Position numbers and translations under genes: made by a program. Below are positions 24,784 to 36,313 of a DNA stretch of 64,000 nucleotides, one piece after another (position 1 is the first letter of the stretch; the number at the start of each line of letters is the position of its first letter). Where the stretch lies: the NCBI GenBank assembly GCA_964106915.2, contig OZ066927.1; one strand, 5' to 3'. The notes below the pieces were generated by a model. That model did no database searches. It was not told where the DNA came from and saw only the letters and a list, made by a program, of their open reading frames with translations. This DNA is from Podarcis gaigeae. Lineage: Eukaryota.

Positions 24784-24939
24784 ATCAAGCCTCCTTAAGC
24801 TACAGTTCACTCTGACAAGCCCACAGTAGGGGGACTTCTGGTTTGGAGGGTGTTAATTCCATGGAGATGCAAGTCCTGGCCCAGTACAGGTTGAAAATTA
24901 AGCCTTTCACAATTTATTTCCCAATAAATCCTACTACTA

Positions 24940-25125
24940 TTACTAGCTACGATGGCTGTGTACTGTCTTTGCTATCAGAAGCAACATCCCTCTGAATGCC
25001 TGTTGCTGGGGAGCAGAAGTGGGGAGAGCTTTTTTGCACTCAGGTTCTTCCTGGGGCATCTGGGTAGCCACTGAAGGAACAGAATGCCAGACACCAGTCT
25101 GCTCCAGCTAGACTTTTCTTATACC
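24940..25125 (+). mobile_element. CR1 LINE 3' end, diverged
   Basis: GGGGCATCTGGGTAGCCACTGAAGGAACAGAATGC..TTCTTAT, reverse complement of the 19830 family. Confidence 0.55.
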
Positions 25126-25649
25126 CTTAACGTTAGTTTGGGGAAGGCTGCTTTATCTCCATGGGAAATGTTTTGGTGGAAGTGGCTGGCCTTTCTTGAA
25201 ATGTTCTTGCTTCGAAAACTGAAGCATGAGGATTGGTGGGTTTTCCCCCTTTCCTGCTACTATTAAAAAAGATAAATTGGACAGCAACGAGCGAGGCATG
25301 AGGCATCTCTTGGGACCTAGTTATGAGTCCTGTAATATTGTGCTGGGGCCACTGTTGTCTCCTCTGTGTTGTAAAACCTCCCCAGAGCTTTTTGCAACGA
25401 TTGTTAAGGGTGTTTTGTTTGAGCTTCTTCCCCATGTTGACATTTCTGTCTGGTCACCAGAAAGTGGCATTTTTCTAGTACATCCCATGCAGGCGCAGGG
25501 TGACAAAACAACTGATGGTCTCACACGGAAAAGTGTTATACAAATCATTATTATTAGTTATCTTCAGCATTGTTATCAATAACAGTGTAACCTAGGAATG
25601 CCTTTGTGTCCATCACTGGCTCTCCATGTCTTAAAACAATGCAACCCTC

Positions 25650-25965
25650 AGTATTGCAGTGGTAGATCACATGTTTTGCATGCAGAAGGTCCCATATTCA
25701 GTTTCCAGGTAACACTGGGAAATATTCCTTCCCGACCCCTGGAGAGCCACTGACCATTAGTGTAGGTCATTCCCAAACTTGGGTCTCCAGTTGTTTTTGG
25801 ACTACAATTCCCATCATCCCTGACCACTGATCTTGCTAGCTAGGGGTGATGGGAGTTGCAGTCCAAAAACAGCTGGAGACCCAAGTTTGGGAAACACTGG
25901 TATAGGCCTTACTGAGCTAGATGGGCCAATTGGTCTGATTCGGTATAAGGCAACTTTGTATGGTC
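25650..25965 (+). mobile_element. tRNA-derived SINE (Squam2-like) interrupted by a palindromic MITE
   Basis: CAGTGGTAGA..TGCATGCAGAAGGTCCCA head; tail ACTGAGCTAGATGGGCCAATTGGTCTGATTCGGTATAAGGCA resumes after the MITE. Confidence 0.7.
25768..25899. mobile_element. Palindromic ~130-bp hAT-type MITE (cleanest copy)
   Basis: ~45-bp inverted arms with 3 mismatches; 8-bp flanks GTGTAGGT / GTATAGGC. Confidence 0.85.
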
Positions 25966-26037
25966 CTTGGTCCTGCTACTTTGTCGCAGGGCCCTGGTCC
26001 CAATGTGCATCACACTTGCTGCTAGATTCATTATGCC

Positions 26038-26323
26038 CAGGGCCGGATTTAGGTTTGATGAGGCCCTAAACTACTGAAGGTAATGGGGCCCTTTATATGT
26101 CCAGCTATCCTTTGCCAACAACAATATGTCACTGTTTTTTGTGTTGAATATATGCTATATGGTAATTTATGGACCTAATAGTTATCTAAAACCATTTTAT
26201 TTGTTTTTTATCTTATAATTTGGAAATGTACATCCATTTTCCCCCCTTTAATTTTTTTGGGGGGCCTCAAGAGAATGGGCCCTAAGCTATAGCTTGTTTA
26301 GCTTATACGTAAATCCGGTACTG
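26038..26323. mobile_element. Non-autonomous hAT transposon
   Basis: TIRs CAGGGCCGGATTTA / TAAATCCGGTACTG; 8-bp TSD ATTATGCC / GTTATGCC. Confidence 0.85.
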
Positions 26324-26871
26324 GTTATGCCCACCTTTCAGATTTCCAGTGCCAGGCAAAGGGAGCTTGCACTGTAGAGATGTGGTCCTATCTGCTTCCA
26401 TAGAAAGTCATGGCCAGTGTTTGCTTTCAGTTCACTGCTGGAAATTCAAGCTTTCTTGTCACTCCCCTTTTAATTCTGTGTCTGCTTCTGCAAGATAGAA
26501 GGTCAGTATTAACTAATCCCATTTAGAGTGGCATTATTTCCCCATTCTTTCTTTGAAGATTTTAAGTAGTTGTTAATTGAACACATTAGATGGATCTGGG
26601 CACATTTCAGTACCTACGGTATGATTTGTTTTAAATTGCTTTAACTATTTTCCATGCCACATTTCCAACCTTCCTTAGACTTTTTTTTTTTTAAACCAAA
26701 CACTATTTTATAACCAACTATCCAAGGAACCAGATAGTGATTTGATGGCTGCAAGTCACTCCATTATGGTAACAAGCAGACCAAAACAATTGAGTTACAG
26801 CTTTAAAAATATATATTAATAATATAAGCTGTTGGTGCCTTGTGCCTCAAGAGAAATCTCTTAGTTCACAT

Positions 26872-27010
26872 CAGCCTTTGCCGACCTGGTGCCCTCTGGA
26901 CGTTTTGGACGACAACTCCGATCAGCCCCAGCCAACACAGATTTGCTTGCTGAAGCAGATGGGAGTTGTAGGTTTAAACATCTGGAGGGCACTGGATTGC
27001 CAAAAGCTAG
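26872..27010. mobile_element. Palindromic MITE
   Basis: GGTGCCCTCTGGACGTTTTGGAC..GGGAGTTGTAGG..CATCTGGAGGGCAC. Confidence 0.7.
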
Positions 27011-27723
27011 TCTACGTCCAACCCACAGAGCTGCTCAAACAGATCTCCAGAGCCTCTGAGTCTTTTATTATCCTTCCAGGACCTTCTCTCCCTGACCCCA
27101 ACTCCTTTCTCATCCATATGCAGTTGCTGCTGACTCCAGTTCTGACTGTCCGATTTCCGAATTAATACTATGCACGTCCACAAAACCACCTTGATAGGCA
27201 AAGGCACTCAAAGGGTATCTTCTCCAGAAGTGATATTACAATCTCCAGAACCTGTTTCTTGAGAGAGAAATAGTGTCTTCTGAATGGGAACTTTGTTTTG
27301 ATGCCAGATTTTGCATGTGTTAGGTAAGAATGAACACAAGCTCTGCTGGAAGCAGAATGGACTGTGCCTTTCTGTTTAGGCTGCTAACAGTGGAGGAGCT
27401 TGTTTTGTAGAGCTGGTACTTTCCCCGTATGACGTTCTGAGCTGATCTGACAGCTGGCAAAGAAAAGAAAACATCATTTCTTTCTCTTTTACAGTCAATT
27501 GTTTTGTATTACTTTGAATTATTGAAGGGCATATCTCTTACTTATTGAGTTCATGCAGGTGGCCCCCTGTTGTTCCTTTGGACTATTTCTGGATACACAA
27601 GCTAGCTTTTTGGTCTTTATTGGGTATTGTTGTTTGCTTGTTTGCTTTGCTTTTTACCACCATTGATCATGCCTCCCCAGCCTGGAAATCTAGTTTCTTC
27701 ATCTAGAGGTGAACTGCCCGCAG

Positions 27724-27859
27724 CAGGGGTAGCCAGCATGGTGCCCTCCAGGTGTTTTGGACTACAACTCCCATCCTCTTTGATCACTTGTCATGCTGAG
27801 TGGGGCTGTTGGGAGTCATAGTCCAGAACATCTAGAGGGCACCAAGTTGGCCAACCCTG
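27724..27859. mobile_element. Palindromic hAT-type MITE
   Basis: CAGGGGTAGCCA..GGTGCCCTCCAG..GGACTACAACTCCCA / TGGGAG..AGTCC..GAGGGCACC..CCCTG. Confidence 0.8.
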
Positions 27860-28757
27860 GGCTACAATAACAATGCAAACGGTGGCATATAAAATGACAT
27901 TAAACTATTGATTAAAAATTATCTTCAGTGAACCTTGGTGTCCTCTTAAGAAAATCTTAGAGGAAATGAGCAGCTACTTCTGGAAGTAGTTTTTCTCATC
28001 CTTAGTGGCAAAATTAGACTTCTCTGAAGTATGCATAAAGAATTGGGGGGGGGGGAGCTCTGTTTCAAAAAAATTGAGATGGAGACAGTTGCAGATGAGT
28101 AAAGCTTTTAGATATTAGAAGTGGACATGATAGACATGTAGCTTGTGTGTTCTTTGTCTGTAGTAATTGAAGTTAGGGAAAATTTTAAGGTTGAATTCTG
28201 CGCCTTGCTAGGGAGATGCAGACTTGCAAGTTTTGTTCATGCATACTGAGTGTGTAAATTTTACTGAATTGTTGTCTTACCTTTTGTTAAACTCTTGCTC
28301 TGTGATGGTTTGTTGACTGGTTAAAAAATAAACAAATCCAACATAAAATATTATAAAACTCTCTAAATTTAAACATAAAAGTTGTTTGGCATTTACATGG
28401 CTCTGTAACTGTTGTCATGAGAAGTTTTACATTGCTCGGTTACTCGTGAATCTCAAGAGGAAGAATATTGCAGAGCTAGCTTCTCTGTTTGCCTTTATCT
28501 AGGCTTGCCACACAGATGGTAGGCTAAAGAGGGCGCTCTTGGTTGACCATGGAGACTCTGTAGAGGTGGAGGGGAAGCTGTTGAGCTATGTAGGGGTCAA
28601 GTCATGTAGGATTTGGCAGCTGAAAACCAGCCCTTTTAAAACATTCAGGTGACTATAGAACTGTAGTTTCCACTGGTTCCATGTACACTGGTCTTGGAGA
28701 TGTGCACACTGGGAGACAGGCTGATGCATATGGACCAATTGAATTTTGTAATCAGTG

Positions 28758-28760
<3 letters not shown>

Positions 28761-28790
<30 letters not shown>
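28761..28790. repeat. (TG)15 microsatellite
   Basis: Read directly. Confidence 0.97.
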
Positions 28791-28797
<7 letters not shown>

Positions 28798-31700
28798 CAG
28801 ACCGTTCTAGTTCTTCCCTTGTGATTTTTGCCAAACAAAGGTTGTCTGTTGAAAGCAACTTCTCTATTGTCACAACGAAAGCTGATGTCCAGCATTTGTG
28901 GTGGTTTTTGTGGGGGTAGAATTGGAAGTAAAGGTTCCACTGCCCAAGGCCTGGGTCATGAATTAATAATTGCCTCCTCCGTGGCGGGTGAGGCCCATCA
29001 GCAAAGCTGGGAACGAAGAAGTTGCCTTGCAGAGTGCTATCAATCACCCAGTGACCATAACTTCTAGTAATTAGTGTATTTTATGGGCCTCTGCTTCCGA
29101 GGCTTGGAAGCGCATATGCTCCAGTCACAGTGAAACTTAGCCAGAGTAATATTCCAGAATGATTTATCCGTTTGCTGCACTGGGAGGTAACCCTATATTA
29201 GGGGAAGATTGTGAACTAAGCTGCAATAAAGTGTAAGTTTAGGTAAAGTTTGCCCAGGTTGAGACCTCAATGCATCATTTCTTTTCCGGCATTCATTGCT
29301 CGGCGACAGTAGGCAGGCTTTGTGCTGAGGAAATAAATAACGCAATTATGTGAACAGAGAGGTGTACGAGCAGTGAAAGAAATATGTATGTGGTCTTCCT
29401 ACAAATCCATCTCTAAACAAAACTCGGATTCTGAAACTCCACTAATTAGCCATCTTTATTGCTACTCAAGCTCCTTTTTTTGTTACAGAAGTGCCTAAGG
29501 CAAACCAGCGTACAAAGAGACTAGCACCCTGCTCTTGGCAGTCCTATCCTGCCAAATCTGCAGCAGGCTGGGAGCTCAAGCCCCTTCTCCCTTCACACTC
29601 TCCCCCAATAAGAGAAGCTGGGAGAGTTGGGGAGGAGCAGAACTGGGCTGGCGCGTCCTGTTTCGTCACCTCTGCACCTCCAAAGCCTCCCTTACCTGAG
29701 TCTTGTGGCAGCCCCTGCAAAAGTGGCTGTGACAGCAGCAGGTTCTGGTGAGAGCTCACAAGATCTTGGCAAAAGCCACTGCTGCCACCACTTCTCAGCC
29801 AGGGGCAGAAGGGGTGTCACCTCTTGGTGTTCCACTTGGTGATGCAGCTGCCTCAGCCCGCCTCATGGGCAGGTTGGCTCTGAGCAGGACTGTGTCTGAT
29901 TTGCCAGCAGGACCCTGCTCCTTGCAATTCCATTTCTTTGCATTTCCACATCATTTATTATTTCTACAGCACCGTCAGTGTGCCTGGCACTAGGCAGAGT
30001 GCTAGAGGATGGCTTTCTGCTCCAGGTTGCTTACAATCTCAAATACGACTCAGGGGCGGGTAGACAAAGGGGAGGGAAGTAGAAGCAGAACTAAACATGA
30101 ACACTACAAAAGACTGTGAGAAGTGCAGCCCCTCAAGAACAGGGAGCTGGTTTAGATTGGCCTTTGAGCTAATCCAGAAGATCTCTTCTTACGTTGTTCT
30201 GTGGCTCTCCAGATGTTTATGGACTATACATCTCATCATTGCTGACCTTTGGCCATTGAGATTGGCGCTAATGGGAATTGGAGTCCAAAACAACTGGAGA
30301 ACTACTGGGGGAGTGGGCTATGCAGAGCACCAAAGCCTCAGCCTCCAGGCACCAAGAGTTCCTCTCCAGGACTTGAATTAAATACATTGATTTCAACTTG
30401 CCAGCCAAACTTGAAGCTGGAGGTCTCTCATCTCGGGTAGATCCCAGGCTTTACATCAGGAACAGCCTTTTCAAAAATGGAGCATCCGTACCTAAAGTAA
30501 TTGGGTGAGTGTATGCAGAATTTAGCAGCACTGGGTGATTCTTTTTGATTTATAAGGCTTTAGTGAAAGTGAATTAAACTTGGGGTTTAATCTCTTTTGT
30601 CTGGAGGTCCCAGAGGGCATGTTTCTTGCTTGGTCTGGTGGCCTTTCTCCCTAGCCTAGGTGCAGCCTCCAACAGACGTGTCATTTCATCTGTCTCTGTT
30701 ACTCGGGCTCATGGCCCTCTGCAGGGGTCGCACATTCCACAAGTTATCAGCTAATGGTCTTGTACATTAAAAATGGAAGCTTCCTCCGCTCAGTGGCCTT
30801 GCCTTGCTTTGTTTCTAAGCCCCAGACACTTTGGAGTGCAGCTGCGAACTATAGGCAGAAGATTAAATTAATTTGTAACTCTCCCCCCTTTTTTTCTTTT
30901 GGACCTGTGTTACTAAATCCTTCTCATTTAATTGAAACCCTATTTCAAGGTGGTTTGCGTCTCTTGTTCTTTGTTGCCAATTTAACCTCCAAAGCACTTT
31001 AACATGAGTAAATTGCGGTTATATCCTCCTGGATTCTTTTTTAAACTGAGCAATAAGAGGACAGTGGAATTGGTATAGGTAGGAAGGAAAAACGATAGGG
31101 CTTCTTCTTGCAGTATTTAATATTTATCAGGGTCTTTGTCAGTGGAATGTTAAAGCGATTTTAAACCTTGAATCTAGAAATCTACAAATTGGTCTCGGAA
31201 ATGAAATCTTACCATGTGAGTTTCAGGTAATCCAGTTGTTATGTCTGGGTTTGTTTGGTCTGTTGTTGTTTTTTTAAAAAAGTTTCCAATGTCTGAATGT
31301 TCCAAACTGTCGGCTGCTTTCCTCTAAATTGAGGGTTTAACTGCAGTGCACAATCTAAATGCAAAATCTTGAGATGGAAATTTAATTGTGTAAAATGTGC
31401 ACAAAGTAATTAAGAACAAATTTTAGAACATTTCAGACTATAAAGTTCTTCTTTAGCTCGATCACAAGCAGTATCGTAAGTGCTTATTTTCAATTTGCAG
31501 TTATGCTGAGAAACATGGAATGCAACTAAATAAAGCCATCCTGTGCTCTTCAGTATAACTGTAAATTAAAAAGCCAAACAAACTTGCAAGTTGCACAGAG
31601 TAATTTAAAGAAGGGTGGGCAGGAGACTTTATAGCATCATTGTCCTTAAAAATAATATTCAGCATGCCCTTGCCTCAGTGGCTTTCTGCTTACATTAGTG

Positions 31701-31904
31701 TCAGGACTCAAGCCTGCAGTGAATCTTGAACTCACCATTTGAGGGATGTTAAGCTGGGATTTAATGAGTATATTGCCACCCAGATCTAGTCAAAGGTGGA
31801 ATTGCAACAAGACCACCTTGGCGTACCTCTTGCTGCCAGTAGACCAGAGGCAAGTGAGGCTCTCAGACCTCTGAAAAAACGTTGACAGCCGGCTTGCTTG
31901 TATA

Positions 31905-32095
31905 TGAATGTATGAAGCTGCCTTATATTGCATCAGATCATTGGTCCATCCAGTTCAGCATTGTCTCCTTCAGCAGCCACACCTCTCCAGAGTGTCAAGC
32001 TGAGGCACGTCTTTCTCAGCCATGCTTCCCTAGGATGCTGGAGATTGAATTTAGCTCTTCATGAAATGCAAAGTGTTCTCTAACAATGAACTGCT
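31905..32095 (-). mobile_element. tRNA-derived SINE (Squam2-like), diverged
   Basis: GAAGCTGCCTTATA..CATTGGTCCATCCAGTTCAG is the reverse complement of the family tail. Confidence 0.55.
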
Positions 32096-32512
32096 GTTGC
32101 ATGTGTTCCTCTAAGTGCCCCTCAGTCTGTGCCTTCCCCCAGCAGCCGAATGCACCTTGGAAGGTCACTATAACTGAAGGTATGTTGAAAGTTTCATGGT
32201 AGGATGGAAAGATGTGTATTCTGATTTGACCCCTCCTCCTGAAGAAATCCAGGGAAACATACACATTCACAGTAAAAAACATTCTTTTTTAAAAAAAGCA
32301 TTCTAAAAGCAGTTACATTAAAACAGTCAAAAACCAGTTAAAACATGATCTCATCCAGTGATCTCAGGGTTGCCAGGAACAATATCCTTCAGACATCACA
32401 TGCCTGGGTAAAGAAGAATGTTTTCAAGTTCTTTGTAAAATTCAGTACTGATGGATGCAGATACACCTCACCAGGGGTTGTGTAAATAGGAAGTCACCAC
32501 TGAAAAGCAGCA

Positions 32513-32879
32513 TGTTGTTCAGTCGTTTAGTCGTGTCCAACTCTTCGTGACCCCATGGACCAGAGCACTCCAGGCCCTCCTGTCTTTCACTGCCTCCCGC
32601 AGTTTGGTCAAACTCACATTTGTATCTTCAAGAACGCTGTCCAACCATCTTGTCCTTTGTCGTCCCCTTCTCCTTGTGCCCTCAATCTTTCCCAACATCA
32701 GGGTCTTTTACAGGGAGTCTTCTCTTCTCATAAGGTGGCCAAAGTACTGGAGCCTCAGCTTAACGATCTGTCCTTCCAGTGAGCACTCAGGGCTGATTTC
32801 CTTAAGAATGGAGAAGTTTTATCTTCTTGCAGTCCACGGGACTCTCAAGAGTCTCCTCCAGCACCATAATTCAAAAGCA
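32513..32879 (-). mobile_element. BovB (RTE clade) LINE 3' fragment
   Basis: (CAA)n tail; GACCCCATGGAC..TCCAACCATC..CTTTCCCAACATCAGGGTCTTT typical BovB 3' end; highly similar to the 48685 copy. Confidence 0.9.
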
Positions 32880-33189
32880 CCCATTATACCAGGGTTGTGG
32901 GATCTGCGGCCTTCCATCTGTTGTTGGACTACAATCCTATCATCTGTGACCATTGGCTATGTTGCCTGGGACTGGTGAGGGTTAGAGTCCAACAGCTACT
33001 GGGCTGGCTGTGGGACAGGTGCCCCATCCTTGGTTTATACTATTCTGTGTATGTTAAAGCTTTTAGTGTTACCTCCTTTCACTATTCTTAATCATGGACA
33101 TAACAAATAACTTCACACTTATCTTTGTCATTCAGTTCTCCTAGCAAGTCACTGAGGCATCATGCCCTGATTTAGAGATACATTTGAAT

Positions 33190-33365
33190 CTTAGAAGCTG
33201 CCTTATACAGAATCAGCCCAGTGCTGTCTGTTCCCACTGGTGTTGGCTCTCCAAGGAGTTAGGCTGAGAGAGATCTTTTCCAGCCCTGCCACCCAACAGT
33301 GAGTGCAAGTGGTTGAATCTGGGGCCTTATGCATGCAAATCACATGCTCCACTACTGAGCATATC
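33190..33365 (-). mobile_element. tRNA-derived SINE (Squam2-like), diverged
   Basis: GAAGCTGCCTTATAC.. to TGCTCCACTACTGAGC (A box on the minus strand). Confidence 0.55.
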
Positions 33366-35654
33366 TCCTTTTCAAGATAGTCAGGGCAGCCCCAGCTGCA
33401 TAAGCGATGGCTATGGGGTGGTCATATTTGGGTGATGCGGGTGACAAGGAAGCTGATCACACTGTTAAGAGGTGGATCTCCTGGTACGTTGGAGAGGATG
33501 CTGGAACTGCACAGGAGTGGTACCTCAGAGCCACTGTGACGTTGCAGTGGATCAGATACTGTGGTGTAGCAGCTTGAGAATGGCAAAATTTAATCTCCTA
33601 CCCATTGCATATGTTTTAGGGTTGTTAGAAATGAACTTGCATCTACAGAGCTCACTTGGTCACTGTCTGCTTTCCATAACTCCAAGATTTGTCTGAGCTC
33701 AGCATGCTCAGGGTTCTTGCATTTCAGGAATAAAATTACTAAGGCGGGGCTTGGTTTTGTTTCTCCTTTGCAGGGAATGCTTGGCATTTTGTCAAATGTG
33801 TCCTTTACTTTTCTGCATAATCCACAGAATGTGCAGTCTAGACATCTTCATAGGACCATCTTGAGCACGTGGCTGCTGCAAGGAGGAGCTATGGGAAGCC
33901 AGTGTGTTCAGAAGTGACATTTTGGATGAAAATGTAGTAGGCGATGAATTTAAATAAGCAAGCGTGTTGGATAATCGAGATTCAAATAAGGAGGGTTCCA
34001 CTGTGTTGAGGCACCGATCTATTAACTTGTCAAGCCAGGAGGATTCAAAAGCTAAGAGGGCTAATGGGAATATGTTTCCAAAACTGCGATGGAACGGGTT
34101 GACTTTTCTGATTGACTGTCTTAAGTTGTGTGCTTTTATCTTTTCAATTTTCCTCTCGGGATTATATATCATTTTATGTCCAAATGGCTTCTGTTGTATG
34201 GAGGCAATTCTCCTGTTGGCAAAGCCCTAATCTGTTTGTTTTCATGGTTGGGTTTTGTTTTGTGTGTGTTTTTGGCTTCTATGCTTTAGCTGTTGGCCTA
34301 TTTATAAATCTAAATCTACATACAGAGGTCATTGGTTGGTTGAACTTAAAACCATTTTACTCAGTAAATTTAATTAAGAAAATACAGTGCAACTCATAAG
34401 CAAATGAGTTTTTTCCTAGTTTTAAACCAAACCATCCTCTTGAGTGCTGATTGCCTTGCTCGACCCCTGGTGATACTGAAACAGGCAAAATTAAAAAGGA
34501 CATTAAAGCTTCATTAAATCTGAAACACATTTAGTACAGTGACATATCTGCAGGCTATTTCGGGGAAGATTACAGGCTCTTTTGTGAGTTTCTTAATTTA
34601 TAATACCTTGACAATCTTGGAGAGGGGGGAGGACTCTGCTTAGCCCAGTAGAACAATGGTTCTTGAATTGGGTTTCTTGCTGCTTGGGTGCTGCTCCCTC
34701 TTCACCGTTGAAGCAAATCCCAACAGAGGGGCTTGTGTTTAAAATAAATAAATTATAGTCAAGACTTGTTTGCATTCTATATGCAAAAATTACAATTTCT
34801 ATACTGATGAAACCCAATTCTGTATTCAAAATAAATTATATTTGCATAAATGTGCTTAATTTGTATAAGCATGCCTCTTTTGTATTAATTTGCATAACAT
34901 TTAAGGGTCTTGCTGTTGTGCTGGATGTTGAACTGCATTTTGTGTGCAGGCATGTTCACGCTTCTGGCAAGCAAGTTTTAGACCAAAAATATCATTTTTG
35001 TGAGGGTGCTGGTTTTGAATTCTTACTCGCCATGTATCCAAAGGATCAGTGCAGAATGCAACGTAGCATGCTTCCTCTTTTAAAACAACCCTTTAAGGCA
35101 GTCTAGAAAAAGAGTGGCTTTGCCAAAGCCATCTAATGAACTGTGTGTGCTTTCCCACATCCAACACCCTAACTGCTGCTCTACACAAACCCAGTGAGCA
35201 TCTGTGGAAGAGCATCAGTGAAGTATTTTGTTGTGAGAAATGAGGAGTCAAAACCACCCTGGCTTGGAATGGTGAGGCCTGGGCAGAGGAGCTGTATGAG
35301 CTGCTCTAGGCCTTGTGCATCCTTTTTGAGTGGCAGCATGTGGCCTCTGAAAGAACCCCACGGAACTGGGCTGTGCCTGCGTGGCCCACAGGGAGGGAGC
35401 AATCACTTCTCTTGGATTTGGTACCCTTTGACACCCTTTAAGGGCCCTTCAATCCTTAGAGCCATGGTAGAAAGACAAACTCTTCCCCGTGGCTTATGAA
35501 TGATGTGAAGATTTTAATCCATGTTACCTACAGTGGGAGGACCCAAAGGCTGGTACTCCTTCCTTGTTGGTTAACATGGAGCACGATGCTGTGGTCTCAT
35601 GAGGGTTGCATTTCAAAACCAGAAAGGGCCCCAGTTACAGCTTCCACTCTTGAC

Positions 35655-35912
35655 ACTCTTCACATCAACACGATACATTTAAAGCATTGTTGTCCCACTT
35701 TAACAGTCATGACTTCCCCCAAAGAATCCTGGGAGGCCCAGTTTATTAGCATTACTGAGAATTGTTAAGAGAGCCCCCACTCACAGCTACAATTCCCAGC
35801 ACGCTTAACAAACTATAGTGCACAGGAATCATTCATTTTGAGTGGGAGGTGGGAGCCATGGCTGTTAAAGTGGACCAATGATGCTTTCAGTGTATTGTGA
35901 GAATATGACCAG
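35655..35912. mobile_element. Inverted-repeat element (third MITE-like family)
   Basis: CACTTTAACAGTCATGACTTCCC and its inverted partner GGGAGCCATGGCTGTTAAAGTG. Confidence 0.6.
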
Positions 35913-36283
35913 CGTCCACACTCTGGCGTCTTGGGTGCTTTCTCCATACTATTCACTTCACATTGTTTTCTCTTCATCAAAATACATTAAATTAGGATTG
36001 GGGGTATCAGAGGTGGGCAGGGTTGTTGGGTGGGTAGGCCACCAGATGTATTAACAGACTTCTTCTTCTGCATGATTGTCTGTTTTAAATATAGCTGTTC
36101 TCCATGCTTAGAGGTTATTTTTGCTTCAGCGTCTCCTTGTTCTATCTCTGTCCATTTTACATGCAATACTGTACTGATTTTTTTAGTTATTCTCCCCCTC
36201 TTCTTCCTCTCTCTCCCCCCCTCCTTTTCCTCAACCCCTAATGCAAATCTCTCTAACTAGACAAATATTATTTCCTTTCCCAG

Positions 36284-36313
36284 CTTGCTCTCGGGAGGTT
36301 CCCGTATCCTCAG
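36284..36313 (+). CDS. MAP2K5: MAP2K5 30-nt micro-exon (exon 17 eq.), LALGRFPYPQ
   Basis: tttcccAG acceptor, CAG|GTAAGA donor, exact MEK5 peptide as recalled. Confidence 0.95.

Noticed and set aside
32547-32978. Paralogous ORF pair (32547 and 48719) suggesting a duplicated gene
   Set aside because: Both are antisense frames of BovB 3' fragments.
34770-34900. Cluster of ATTTGCAT octamers
   Set aside because: The AT-rich TGCA-periodic texture resembles other decayed repeat-like stretches (about 40-200 and 53360-53600); I cannot separate enhancer from old TE without a search.
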